Counted from the stretch's first letter, positions 26,092-40,579 are shown. The stretch: 64,000 nucleotides of DNA from Amoebidium appalachense (GCA_963693365.1 CAVNZM010000014.1:2418001-2482000), one strand, 5' to 3'. The notes: generated by a model from the sequence alone, not told the origin. A program made the numbers and translations.

Positions 26092-26510
26092 ACGTGGGTG
26101 CGCACACGCACGCGCGCACGCACACACGCACGCACGCACGCACGCACACCCTCTTGCGCGCGGCCCGTGTAAACACCCCCACACACCGCACACACTTATA
26201 CATTTGTGGAAGTTACACCAATGCGCCTGCATCTACATTCATGCATTCGATTGCCTGCAGGCGGATTCAATGATTTTACGGGCCCATAAGGGTAAAGAGC
26301 AGTTGGCTTAGAGTCAGTAGCAGTCCGGCACTCGGAAAAAATAGGACTCCTTGAAATGATGTACTTTCAAAGTTTTTAATTTTTGATTTTTGATTTTTTG
26401 ATGCCAGGCATGATGCCATTCACGGTCGCAGAGTGAGTGAGCAGGCTGTCAAACATCAAGTTGAGCTTACGTTTCGCATAACACGTGCTATACAAGGTGT
26501 GTGTTCGTGC

Positions 26511-26630
<120 letters not shown>

Positions 26631-26779
26631 TTTGTTTGTGTATGTTTGGGGGACCTGGATAGGGTGGGTGGGGATGGGGATGGGGGGGAGGAAGGGAGGG
26701 AGAAACCTGGGAAACTAGTTAACTCGAAAAATCTAGAAATTTTCAACACCTTGGAAGAAAGGATCGCAGGCCCGGTGGA

Positions 26780-26894
26780 AGGAAGGAAGGTAGAAAGTAA
26801 GAAAGATGGAGGAGCAAAGAAAAGAAAGAAAGAAACTATCGGATAGAAAAGAACGAAAGAAAGGAAGGGAGGAAGAAAGGAAGAAAGAAAGGGA

Positions 26895-26934
<40 letters not shown>

Positions 26935-27100
26935 CTCTAAAGAAATAAGAAAAGTTTTAAAAAATTAAGACTCGGAAATAAATCCTCAGTAAAAACTTTG
27001 ATACTGAAGAACTTCGGATATCATAGGCAAGAAAGGAAGAAAGAAAGAAAGCAAGAATCAAGAAAAAAAAGAAAGAGAGAAAGAAAGGAAAGAAAAGAGA
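26780..27100. repeat. (GAAA)n / purine-rich tract, preceded by (GT)n at 26512-26628
   Basis: Direct inspection. Confidence 0.9.
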
Positions 27101-28881
27101 AGCTTTTACGGACTGAAAAATAGGAAAGTTAGAAGAATGAACGCAAGAAATTCAACTTAATTTTTCCTAAATTCAAACTCTTCGGCATGGGAGAAGGGAA
27201 GAAGAAAGGAAAAGAAACCCCATTGTTTTTGAGCCCAAAAGTTTCGATATATGTTCAACATGTTTTGAATGGATAATGAGTAGAATTTACCACGCTGGGA
27301 ATTTCAAGAAGCATGCGCGCAGGCCCGAAGGAGGATGAAGACCCCCGAAGAGGAGGAGACTGAGCAGGAGAGGGGGGGCTGAGGGGGGGGAGGGGGGGGG
27401 GGGGGGGGGGGGGAGGGCTGAGCTGAGCTGAGCTGGGGGGAGGTGGAAAGGGTTGAGTGAGTAATTTAGTTCAGGGTATGTCATATGGCCACGAATGCAT
27501 AGGTGTAATAACCGTTGCATCAAATTTGTCTCCTTTTTCTTTGTCGTTACTGTGGCATTTGGGTTATAATTAGCTGCCTGCATCGTATTGAGGTGGGAAT
27601 CATGATGCCGGTGCACATCATGATGGGGTCTTTTGGATGCACATGCACTGGATGCACGTGCATGCAGTTCACAGCAGTGTCGACTTGAGAACGAGCGAGG
27701 AGGCCCTATCATATTCGTCTTCGTGAAGAACACTCCTTGTCAAGTTGTCACGTGTAACGGCTTGGGAACATCAGTGCATGTCGATTGTCGAATTCGAAAA
27801 AAAGCGCCATCTACAGCCAACCAAAACGCGTCATGTGAAGGTTTTGGGCGAACCTGATTGGACTCCTCAAGAGCCTCGTCAATTGTCGTAGGCATGGCGT
27901 TAGAGCTTGGGAAATTAATAACCTTTTTTGGGTTTTATTTGTCTTTTGCATCAGTTATAAGAGCTAACAAAATTGATTTTCGCCTGTACATAAAATAGTA
28001 TCACGCACCGCATTGACTGCAACCGACATCCAAGGGACTGAGACGTGTGACGTCAGATGTGCCCCTGAAGAGGCTCCATGCGATTTTGGCAACTTTAACA
28101 TGACAATAGGGGCACCTTTGAATGTGTCAAAATCGTAATTCAAATGCAAAGAAAGACAGCTATATGCTTTTTCTTGTCAAAAGGTGGTGTGGACTTGACC
28201 ACGCCACCCCAAAGGCACACCTTCGAGCACTGACAAATGACGAAATGTGTGCGAGTAAAAATCCGGTGAAAAGCATCTCTCGCCGGAGCCACATTCCGTA
28301 TTTCTATTGGCGAAGAGCTTACACAAATTGTTTCGACTATGCTCATTCGTTAATTATCACGCTACACTGTAGAACATACGTTTCATGGGAAGAAAGATTG
28401 GTCCATTCTGTACCTATATAAACCGGTACAGTCCGCATACATGTGCATCTTGTGCATCTTTCGTACGTTGGTTGGGGAACTCGCTTGGAAAAGGGGCTGT
28501 TTGTTGTCTTAGTGAATGTTTATAGATAAAGTCTAAGAGAGGGACGAATAATTATGTTATAGAATACTCTTGTGCTACCCTTCTTACTCAAGTCTGCTGA
28601 GTAGCACTACGTGGTATTTCCCGCTCCTTTTGCCGGCCGGTTTCCTTCGCCACCACCAATTGCAGACGACGTGAGAACCACATGCATGCAGTGTTTTCCA
28701 TACATAACAGCACCGAAGAAATCCACACACATCATTTGATAAATAGCTTCAACAATTCAAAAACAACCATAGAAGTGGCGCAAAGCACGCTAATTGGGAA
28801 TTAGGATTTCTTGGAGGAGGCAGTCATAGTGGTGTTTCAGCAGAGGTTTTGTGTGCACCCAGTGATTTTAGTTTTTCAAGC

Positions 28882-30834
28882 ATGGCACCAGTTTTCTCTT
28901 CCGGCGCAGCGTTAGTTCTTACACTGGCAGGGGTTGCCCTCTCCAAACCATTAACCCTACATGCTACGGAGGATTCCATAGACGAGAACTTCGTTCCTAC
29001 TTATCCCGACATTTACACTGTTAAAGGTTCGTTTTGCAAACATTTTTGCGTTGTGTTTTGCTGTGTCTGGAACCCATGCAACGAACTACTGAATAGTTTT
29101 GCTCGTTCAGTGGTTAGTCTGTCCATTGTTTCTTTATTTTTGTGAGTTGATGTGGGCTGTGTGGGATGTGTGGGCTGAAGTGATTCGATAGTCACTGTCT
29201 TTTGTGTCCGCGAGCGATGTGTGATTTCGAGTATGTGAATGCACGAAGTATGCATCAAATGTGGTTAATGTTTATCACAATGCATCATGTTTGCAAAATA
29301 AAAAATTTGCATTAAGTTCTTAACTAGGACTAGATTTGTCCAGATTGCAGTTTGTAGCCACCAAGAAGATTCAGCTGTATTGTGATTCTTTTAGTCATAC
29401 ATATTGACAACACACAAACCTTTCTCGCCGCAGGGTTCTTCCGAATCCCCTATGCCGAGATCGTAGAGCCGGTTGAGGTGCATACAGACCGCATCAAGAA
29501 GAGGCAGAGTGTGAGCTTCTACAACGGCCTGGACGGATATATTTACCTGGACGTGGGCAGCAAGGACGCACGCTCGTATGAACTCTACATTGCAAAGGAC
29601 CACAGAGTGTAGGTGGCCCCCAAAAAACACGTGTGGGTTGGGAAGTGAAGCGAACAATCCTATTTCATGGGCACACATACAACACACACACACACACACA
29701 CACACACATTGCAAAGGACCACATAGTGTAGGTGGCCCCCAAAAAACACGTGTGGGTTGGGAAGTGAAGCGAACAATTCTCTTATCCTATTTCATGGACA
29801 CACATACAACAACACACACACACACAAGCACACGCATGCACACAAGCACAAACACACATACAGAGCCTGATACACACACATTAACACTCTCCGATTGAAG
29901 GATGGCAATTTGGTGCTTGGGAAGCAGGTGTTTAATAGTGTCTCGCTTTTCATATGAATCGAGGGTGGTGTTGTGATTAATGATCCCACTTACGCTCTGT
30001 GTGTGTGTGTCTTGTTGTGTCCACACAGATGCGACAGTGCGGAACTAGAGGAACAATACAAGGGGCAGGGGGCTGAGGGTAAGGCCTCCTACCCCGTGTC
30101 GTTTCTGCCGGACCTGTCTGTGTTCAAGTACAAGGGCAAGAGTGCATGCACACCCTTCTATGGTATGTTCCACCCCCTTCTCCCCCTCCCCATCCTCTTC
30201 TCCCCTCTCCACACACACACACAAGCACACACACACACGCACACAGCCTGCCCGCATCCCCCCAGTCTCCAGTCCCAAATCCTAGCCCCGCCTCCTCTCC
30301 AACCCCCACTACCAACCACCCCTCCCGTTTGGTCGACCCCACCCCATCTCTTACCCAATCCCCCCCCCCCCCCCCCTCTGGTGGGGGGGACGGGGGGGGG
30401 GGGGGGGGGGCACCCACACACACGCAAAACAACACGGCAAGCAAGAAAGACCCCACCACGTTACACTTTTTTTCTGTCTGGTCATGAACGAACATGCAGA
30501 CAAGCTGAATTTCAAACCTTTTTCCTCGTTATCCCCCCCCCACCCCCCACCTTTCCCCTTCGATTACCTTTAGACAAATACACAGTCACTAACAGACTTC
30601 TCCTCCCTTCCCCCTCCCCCTCCCCCTCCCCCCTGCGCCCCCCCTTTCCCCACATACACAAAACACACACATACGCGCGCACACGCATGTGCAGAGGGCA
30701 AGTGCCACAAGTGGCAGTACAGCTACAAGCAGGGGGACATGGTCAACCACTACGAGTTTTACGCAAAAGACGACACACAGTACACCCCTGTGGTCTACTC
30801 GATGGTGGGGTACGACCTGCCCTTCTCGAGGTGA

Positions 30835-30887
<53 letters not shown>

Positions 30888-31601
30888 CCAAAAAAAAAAA
30901 AAAAAAAAAAACCTCCCTCACCCCGCGCCCTCTTCACCCTTCCCCCTCCTCTCCTCCCCCTCTTCTTTCCCCCCCCTCCCCCCCCCCCCCCCCCCCCCCC
31001 CCTCCCTCCCCGCCACCGCCACTTCCTCTTCCTCCCTCCAACCCCAGTCCCCAGACAAGCGTTCCCACACCCATCATTTCTCTTTGCCCCCCCCCCCCCC
31101 CCCCCCCTCCCTCCCCCCACATAAGCCTCTCACTTTCCCATGCCCACCAAACACAATGCCGAAGCACCATGGGGTGGGTGGGGGGGGGGGGGGGGGGGGG
31201 GGGGGGACCGTGTTTCACGTCTCACAAGAGTGTGTGGAGGGGGTTGAGAGGGGGGGGAGGGGAGGGGGCGGGGGCCACAAGTTTTCACAATATCGAAGGG
31301 TTGTAGGCGCAACCGTTGCTTTAAGTTCTCCTCTCCCTGTTCCCCTCTTCAGTGCTTCAGTGCTTGCTCCATCTCCAGCCCTACTGTATCCCCCCTCCCC
31401 TCCCCCCTTCCCCCCTTTCCCTCCTCTCCCCTTGCCCTATCTCTCCAATCCTTATCAATAATTGCCCCACCACTTGGTGCTCTTCCTGCTTTCTTGGCCG
31501 TTGTATCCTTTTAGTGCATTCTTGTTTGCCCCCCCCTCCCCCCCCCCCCCTCCCCCTCCCCCCCCCCCCCCCCTCCCTCCCCCCTCAAAAAAAAAAACTT
31601 A

Positions 31602-31653
<52 letters not shown>

Positions 31654-32102
31654 GCCACCACCACCATCACCTATGCTTCAACACAAGAATACTTCCAGTT
31701 ACATGATTAACCTACCTACGCACAACTACACTTGCACTTTCACCAGATGGTTGTGTACACACACATATACCGCAGCCACCTGTCCATACAAGTACTTACC
31801 TACCTTCCAAACATATACACTTACATACACGTCCGCACACACGCACACACGCACAAACATGTACACACACACCCACACAAACACCTGTACACACACGCGC
31901 ACACCTACACGCACACACACGCACACACACACACACACACAGCCACTACGACATGTACAAGATTGAGTACCAGTCCTTCTCTGTGGGTGTCAATGAATCT
32001 GCTTTTGAGCTGCCCTCGGAGTGCAACTTGGCCCCTCAGGATAGGGTGAGCCCTTCTCTCCTCTCCCCATCCCCTCCCCCCCCTCTTCCCCCCTCCCCTC
32101 CC

Positions 32103-32133
<31 letters not shown>

Positions 32134-32522
32134 ACCACCACCACCACCACCACCCACCCCACCCCTCTTCGCTCCGTCCTCCTGCTCCTGCCCCTCCTTC
32201 TACCCCCCCTCACCCACCCCCTCCCCTCCCGCCCTTCGCTTTCTCCTGCTCAAATAAACTTCGATATATGACAGTAATATTTCGTGAGTGCTCTCCAACC
32301 AAAACATTCCTTTTTACATTATAATCATACAGTAAACCAATCCACTCTGTTTATAACTTAAGGTCAGCGCCACATGCACACACGGCACACGTACACGCAC
32401 GCGACGTTACGGGATCAGACCTTACAAACACGTAAAAGTTTCTTGTGCATTGTAATGGGTGGATTGATGGATATGGTTGGGGCGGGGGCGGGGGTGGGGG
32501 TGTGGGTGTTTTTTTTTTTTTT

Positions 32523-32554
<32 letters not shown>

Positions 32555-32734
32555 TGGGGATGGGGATTGTGTGTTGTGGGTGTGGGTACGGTTGTTGGTG
32601 AGGATGGGAAGGTAAAGGAGGAGGAGTGGGGAGTGGGGAGAGGAAAGGAAAGATGGAGGGGTGTGTAGAAAGGTGTATAACTGTGTGTGTGTGTGTGGTG
32701 GGGGGAGGTGGGGAAAAGCAACACACTGACCCTT

Positions 32735-32777
<43 letters not shown>

Positions 32778-33663
32778 CTTTTTTTTGTTATTTTTATTAG
32801 GTTCCTGCCCACCACTCTGCTTTGGAGGATTTTGGGTCTTTGTTTTCGGCCTTCGACCACGTACCCGATAAGTTCCACTCGTTTATGAACAAGCACAAAA
32901 AGTAAGCTTTTGGTGTCTTCCCCCCTCCCCCCCCTCCCACACACACACACACACCTACCCACCACCTTGGGGAAGGATAACTCCCATGCACTCACGTCTA
33001 CCGTTTCTTCAACACGCTTTCCCACATTCTATGTCTCTGTGTAGGCCTACTGGTACACGTTTGCATATCCCTCCTTACCCCTTCCTCCCCCACCCCGCCC
33101 CTACCCGGGTCTCTTCTCCCTTCCTTCCCCCCCCCCCCCCCCCCCCCCCCCCTAAACGGCCCTTCTCTCGCACCCCCCCCCCCCCCCCCCCCCCCCATCC
33201 CACCCGTCATAATACCCCAAACCCTCCTCCTTGTTTTTCTAAGGAACTTCCGCTTGTCTACACTACACCACCTCCTATTCTTTACTTTCGGTTTAGCCAC
33301 CTCAAAGAGAATTATTATAATCAATGATTGTTTATTATAGCATATAGATGTAGATACGCAACTATATAAAGAATCAATAGGGAACGACTCTACAATGTCT
33401 CTCTGTTCCTCTGTGACGGTAACACGGTTTTTTCGATGCTCCAACCGTTTTTCTGCCATGGTTGAAGTTGAACCTTGAGCTTCTTCAACCAACAATACCT
33501 CCTCGTCTTAAGATTTTGTTGCTTGCTTTTGCTTGTTTTTTTTTTTTTTCAGGTCTCCTTTTTTACCCCACTCACTGATGCATATCTCTCCCCCTCCCCC
33601 CTCCCCCCCCCCCTTTCCCCCCTCCCCCCTCTCCCTCTTCCCCCTGGCCCACCAACACCGCAG

Positions 33664-33709
<46 letters not shown>

Positions 33710-34560
33710 CCCCCCCCCCCCCCAACCCCACCCCCACCTCCAAACCAAGCAGGGAGTACGAGGTGGGTTCAGAGGAGTACTCTCTTCGTCACAAACATTT
33801 CCGCACCAACCTCCGCAAGATCAACAACATGGTAAACAAAGTCTCCCCCTCTTCTCCCCCCCCCTCCCCCTTCCCCCCCCCCCCTTCACCCTCCTCCCAC
33901 AAGCACACACCCGGTTACACCCAGGCAGACAGCTTGCTCCTTTCTTCAGTATTCCCCGTCTCCCCCCCCTCCCCCCCCCCCCCCCCCCCCCCCCCCTCCT
34001 CCCACCCCCATCCCCACCCCAACCCCCTCCTACACACACACACACACACACCTGCACGCACACACCCTTGCACACGCCAAACATTTTTCTCCCGCCCACC
34101 TGCCCACCCATCCCCCACCTCTTTTTCCTTGAATCAAAAGGACTTGTGCTCTCCTAGTGCATGTTACGTGTTTATCACTGCTTTCAATTTTAAAAAACAG
34201 AGCCGACTGTTTACAGTTGCCTGTTTAAATTTTAAATATTATTGCTTACATTTGATTGGTGCTTGCAGAACCGTCAAGCAACCGGTGTAACCTATGGCTT
34301 TAACCACCTGGCCGACATGAGCCTGGAGGAGCGCCGCCGCCTTAACGGCTACCGTCCAAAAAAGGCTAATTCTCAGGATGCGGGGGCCAATGACATGCCA
34401 GAGTCTGTGCACGTGATTTCGGGAAAGAAGCTTCCAGAACAGGTGGACTGGCGCCACAGTGGTGCGGTGTCACCCGTCAAGGTATTGTGTGTGTGTGTGT
34501 GTGTGTGTGTGTACATGTGTTGGAGTTGGAGTTGGAGTGGCAGAGAATGGGGGGCGAAGG

Positions 34561-34596
<36 letters not shown>

Positions 34597-34797
34597 CTGG
34601 TGAGTCTAAACACCAGGCACGATGAAACCTGCACATTTGCACGGTTGGTAGAACGGCCATTTTTGACCCTCAGGTCACCCCAACCAGCAATCTGCTCACC
34701 GTTTTGCTCATTCTCATTCACTTTTCCTCTGTGCTTCTCTATCTCCTCCTCCTCCCTTCTTTTCCGCTGGCGTCTCTCTCTCTTGTTCTCTCCCCCT

Positions 34798-34829
<32 letters not shown>

Positions 34830-35432
34830 GTCCCCACCCCCCTCCTTCTAACCCTATCTCTCCTATCCCCTTCTTTCTTTTTCCCACACTAACACCTACG
34901 TGCGCCGTGACGTACACTTTCACACACTCAAATCTACACGTACACGTGCATCAACGTGTCCGTACACACACACACGCGCGTACACACACGTACAGGACCA
35001 AGGAAAGTGTGGTTCTTGCTGGACTTTCAGCGCCACACAGGCGATTGAGAGCGCATGGTACCTTGCAACGGGGGACCTTTTCGTTCTCTCCCCTCAGCAG
35101 TTGGTGGACTGTGCGTGGAGCGAAGGAAACAGCGGGTGTGATGGAGGGGATGAGGTGGATGCGATGAAGTATGTGCACAAGGTTGGAGGGCTCATGAGAG
35201 AGAGGGACTACAGGTACGTGTGTATGTGTGTGTGTGTGTGTTGTTGCTGCTGGTGGTGGGGGTGGGGGGGGGGGGGGGGGAGGTGTAAGTGTTTTTTTAA
35301 TGTTTTGTTTTGTTTTTTGAGGGGCGGAGGGAGGGAGGGGGTCTTGTACGAGGGAAGACGGGATGTATTATGGTTGTGATGGTATTGAAGAGAGGGAGAG
35401 AGAAGCTAGTTTTACGGGAGGTATAACACGCG

Positions 35433-35467
<35 letters not shown>

Positions 35468-36443
35468 GGGGGGGGATGTCGTGTTTAAGACCCTCTAGCT
35501 CGTTTCTCTTTCGTTTTCTCCCCTCCTCTCTCTCCTTTTCTCCCTCTCTTTCTCTCTTTACCTCTTCTCTCTCTCTCTCTCTCTTCCCCCTCCCCCCCCC
35601 CCCCCCCTCCCCCCTCTTTCCTAGCGCTGGTGTTCCACTCCCCACACAATTACCTAGACCACCCCACCTAATATATTAATATAGATATCCTTGCGTGTCA
35701 TGTGTGTGACTTGCACAAAAACATACATTCTCTCACTCACTCACTCACACGTACACACACACGCACGCACAAAAACATACATTCTCTCACTCACTCACTC
35801 ACACGTACACACACACACGCACACACAAACACACACACATGCACACCTATCTGCTCACACATACCTGTTCGCACGTGCAGGTACACGGGCGAGGACGGGT
35901 ACTGCGTGTTCAACTCGAGCATGGCTGCCGCCCGTGTGCACAAGGTCGTGCGCATTCCAAAGGGGGACGAACATGCAATGAGGGACGCACTTGCTACGGC
36001 CGGCCCGGTGTCGATTGCGTTTGATGCGAGCAGAGATACACTGTCGTTCTACTCCAGGTGTGTGTGTTTTGGGGTGGGGGGGGGGGGGGGGGTTGAGGGG
36101 GTGGGGGCAGGGGGGGGGGGGGGGGTAAGGGGTGCATGTTTGGGTGTATGGGCGGGTGAAGGGGGGGGGGGGGGAGGTTTGCATGGGTGTGGGTGGGTGG
36201 GAGGGTCGTCGGGTGTGCTTGGATGTGTGTGAATGATTGTGTGTGTGTGTGTTTGTGTGTGTACCGTGATTGTGTCCGTGAGTGTGTGGTTGTTTGTAGA
36301 TCGAACTGAGAAGTGCTTTGTGCAATGGTGATTATCCCGGGATAATCTAACGCTGATTGCAATACGATGGGTTGTGTGTGCATGTGGATGTGTATATGGA
36401 GATGGATAGGAGGTAATTTTTTATGTATGGGTGGGTTGATGGT

Positions 36444-36509
<66 letters not shown>

Positions 36510-36833
36510 ATAGGCAGGGGGGGGGGGGGGGGGGGGGGGGCATAAGCACCTGTGGTGGTTGGAAAAGAATCGACACCACCCATATGTACAGTCTTTCTTT
36601 GTATGTGTAGGTTTTCTACCTCCGTGTCTGCCTCAGTGAACTTCAACTGTAAACTTTGTTGGTTCATAACCATATGGCTGACCCCTACTCCCCCCAACCC
36701 CCCTCCCCCCCCCCCCCCGCCGCCGCCCCCCCCACACACACACACACCCACCACCACCACCATGGCACACAAGTATAAACACGAACAAGAACCACACACC
36801 TGCACACACGCAGACACACACACACGCCTACAT

Positions 36834-36865
<32 letters not shown>

Positions 36866-37584
36866 CCCACGACACACATGTACACACACGTACATCCCAC
36901 AGTGGTGTGTACTACGACAAGGAGTGCAGCAGCGAAGATCTCGACCATGCGGTGGTGGTGGTGGGCTACGGCACTGAGAACGGCAAGGATTACTGGTAGG
37001 GGCACACACGGGCACACACGGGCACACACGTACACTGACAGGTACACACACGTGTGCAGGGGCGTTGTTGGAGCGTAGGGGCACATGTGCGTGTATCGAC
37101 ATTAGGCGTGGCTGTGCGCATATCGACAGATTGAGCATATTGTATTATTCATTCACCATCATATGACATATACGATATATCGATATACGATATATCGATA
37201 TAGAATCCACGGTATCTGGAATGAATGTGTGTGCTTTACTATCTATAGTTCACTCCACACAAAAGTTCTTTTAAGTGCTTTTGTACTGCGCGTATCAATC
37301 AGTATGAAGGTATGCAGCCAAAATATCAGCAATCAAAATTTTGAAATTCCACAGGGTTTTTCGCATTTTTCCCACTCTCACGCCCACCCTTACACACACA
37401 CGGAAAAAACGTCAGACACACACACGGAAAAAACGTCAGATAAACATGCGCATACACCCGAATACGCACCCAAACATGAAACCACATACACAGCAACACG
37501 GAGTCACGTGTACGCACACACACCCCAAATGGCTTATGCCTACGAACATCGGCACCCAGCTTACTCCTGAACCTCTACACCCCC

Positions 37585-37616
<32 letters not shown>

Positions 37617-37939
37617 AAAAAAAAAAAAATCCCCACATCACCGCAATTATTACCCCAATCATTCCCCACACCATACGCTCTTGCGCGCACACACACACAG
37701 ACACACAACAGACATGCATGCTCGATGCCGGAACTTCTAGTATTTGGTGAATCCCCGTGTTTTTGCGCACTCGGCTAACACGTGTTTCCTCTCTTGATCA
37801 TGTGCACAGGCTTGTCAAGAATTCTTGGAGCACGTACTGGGGGGACATGGGCTATGTGAAGATTGCACGCAACAGGCACAACCACTGCGGTGTGGCAACA
37901 TCTGCAGCATATGCAGTAGTCGACACCAGCCTGCTGTGA
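28882..37939 (+). CDS. Papain-family (C1A) cysteine protease of the 26/29-kDa proteinase / CfaD type, 12 exons
   Basis: Exons 28882-29026, 29434-29608, 30029-30162, 30695-30830, 31943-32045, 32801-32901, 33753-33831, 34269-34481, 34996-35213, 35881-36057, 36903-36995 and 37810-37939, all phase-consistent. Signal peptide; N-domain [17 protein letters not shown]...[17 protein letters not shown]; I29 ERFNIN-like [20 protein letters not shown] and GFNHLAD; catalytic [22 protein letters not shown] and WLVKNSW. Confidence 0.95.
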
Positions 37940-40151
37940 TAGACTACTGAGTGGGTGAGGTAGTCTGTGGCATGTGACGTCATCGATGACGTAGTTTGAG
38001 GCCCATCATTCAATGATGCGAGTGGTTTTGAAAGAACGTGTTATTGAGGGTGCTGTGTGAGGACTGGTGTGGTATTATGAAGGGATCGAAATGGTTCTTT
38101 AGCCTTCCATGAGGTTGAAAACATAATTTTGTGGTTGGAATTAGCGACGCGGAACATTTGTGAATGCTGAACAAGTGTTTCAGTAGGAAATCTGTGTGAA
38201 TGTGGTGTTATATGTGCATTTTTCAGGTGTTTTGTTCAAGGGTTACCACCTGCAATTAGCGGATGGGGTATATGTTCGACATGCTACGCGTCATATGGCA
38301 ATGGTATTTTATTACTTTTGTACAGCCAACCAAAAAAAGGTATGAAAAAAGAAAGAAAGAAACACAAAATGTTGAATGTGTGTAGGCAGGTTAAGGTGCA
38401 CTGTGTGCATTTTCGAGGTATCTCCTTTCTGATATAAACACGACGATGGTGGTTCTGCATTTCAGCCCTGTGGTTTGCGCCCCCCCCCCCCCCCCCCCCC
38501 TCTTCCCCCCCACGCCTACCTCCTCCTCGAGAAACTATTGGTATTTAACAACACTGCCTTCACTTCCCCCCCCCCCCCCCCCCCATTGCCTTCTACTGAA
38601 TTTTAGTTATAGTTAGCAATCCCCTCCCACGAATTATCACGAATTGTATGCTTGCCGGTCACCCTCTTTGTCCCCCCCCCCCCCCTCCCCCTCCCCCTCC
38701 CCTCGAACACCTCTTCTCCTCATACACACACAGACGTGCACACACACACACACACACTGAGTCTCCCCAACAAATACACGTATACACATGTGCACATGTG
38801 CAAAGGTTGTATAAGCAAGCCAATGAAACTCAGGGAAAAAAATGCTGCCACTACTGTTTAGCGGCCGTCTTTCATGCACAAGAGCACCAACACACCGTTT
38901 ACCTCTTTACTCAACGTTTTAATGCATGCATGTTTTCATCACAAGTGAATCCAATAAGCATCTGTGTATCTAGGTTAACTATTGTATCATAATAATGGAT
39001 GGTGTTGGTGGGTGACGGGTTCATATAATTTTACACGTAAGAAGTAGTGAACCGTGCATATGCACCGGATGTGCGAAGATAAAGGCTTATTTTTGAAAAT
39101 TGTTATTTACTAATGATTTGTTTTCATTTTTATTTTTTCGAAGTGTTTTTTTTTTTGGTGAGGGGAGGGGGAAGGAGGGGGGTAGAAATGACTGTGCAGC
39201 CGTGGTAAGGACAACCTGTTGGTTGGTGGGTGGGTGGGTCGGGGTGAGTGTGTGTGGGGGGAGGGGGGGGGGGGGGGGGGGGGGTATGGGCAGGTGGGTA
39301 TATGTATCTAGTGGAAAAGGAGGGAGAGAAACACGCAGAAGCGGAATTTTGGGGGAAGAAGGGGAGGTGGGGAGGGAGGGGACAGGCTTGGTTTGCGCGC
39401 TTCCACCAGAGAGGACAGGCTTGGATTTGCGCGCTCCCGCCTTCTTTGATTGGATCATGGCTCGGGATGAAAAAATGATGGCCCACGAGTGTCTGCTGTG
39501 TATTGTATGCATACTTCAAATGAATCTGGAAAGCCAACTCGAAAACCCAACCATGTCAATATGGCATGCAACTTCACAATGCCATAGAAACTGCGGCATA
39601 AAGTGGGCCGTATACTCAGTAAAACGGCATGGTATGCCAGTGTATTATTGATGCAAGGAGGGACACGCAATTATTGTGTATGTGACGAAGGCTATCAGGA
39701 GGCACGTGGGGCTTACAGATGACACCTAACATAGGCTGTGTGCACACACAAACGCATCAGTGCAGAGTAGTGAGTGTAATTATCACCGTGTGTAAAGTAT
39801 ACGAATATTATATCGGATTGCGCCACAGTATTTCTGCATTATTGGGTTGCGGATGCAACATTGGATTCCAACAGCCCTGAGGTTAGGTACGCCTAGCAAG
39901 CCTCTCCTGCAGAGCAGTAAACAGACCACACAACTTGAAGAAACATATCACCAACTCGTTTTCTTGGTACCTCACCGCAAGTCCATATCTTTGCATTCAT
40001 AAACGGATAGATATTCCCATATAGCAGAATATACGTAGTGTCATTTATCCCCTGGTGTTGCACAATAAACCAATTTTGGTGGCCATGGGTAGATATGCAC
40101 ACCATGTCGGCACGGCATGAGGTGTGTTGCATGCCCATGCTTGACGCTGGA

Positions 40152-40541
40152 TCAGAGAGAGGTGGCCCACTGTGAATGTGTTTGAATGGGTCAGGAGAGT
40201 GTGTGTGGGCAACCAAAGGTCGAGCTTCCCGTGTGGGGGGGGAGGGGGAAAGGGGAGGGGGAAAGGGGTGGAGAAGGGGACGAATCCGGGGGAGAAAGAG
40301 AGAGGGAGCGAGAGAGAGGGCAGGACGGAGAAGGAGAGAGAGAGAGAGGAGGGAACAAGAGGTAGGGAGAGACCATTTGGCATGTTGTGGAGGGCTTGGG
40401 GTAAAGAAGTGGTAAAGGGACAGAAGGCATCGCTGGTATGTAGAGTGAAACAGAATAACGGGAAAATGCTTTCACAGGGGTAAGCTTGTTTTTATCCGAT
40501 TACAGTACAGTACAAGGTACAGATATAGAGAGCTTCAAGCC

Positions 40542-40579
<38 letters not shown>

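Noticed and set aside
31503-31512. U12-type 5' splice site GTATCCTTT
   Set aside because: Not at an exon boundary; the flanking exons join in frame with ordinary GT-AG sites.
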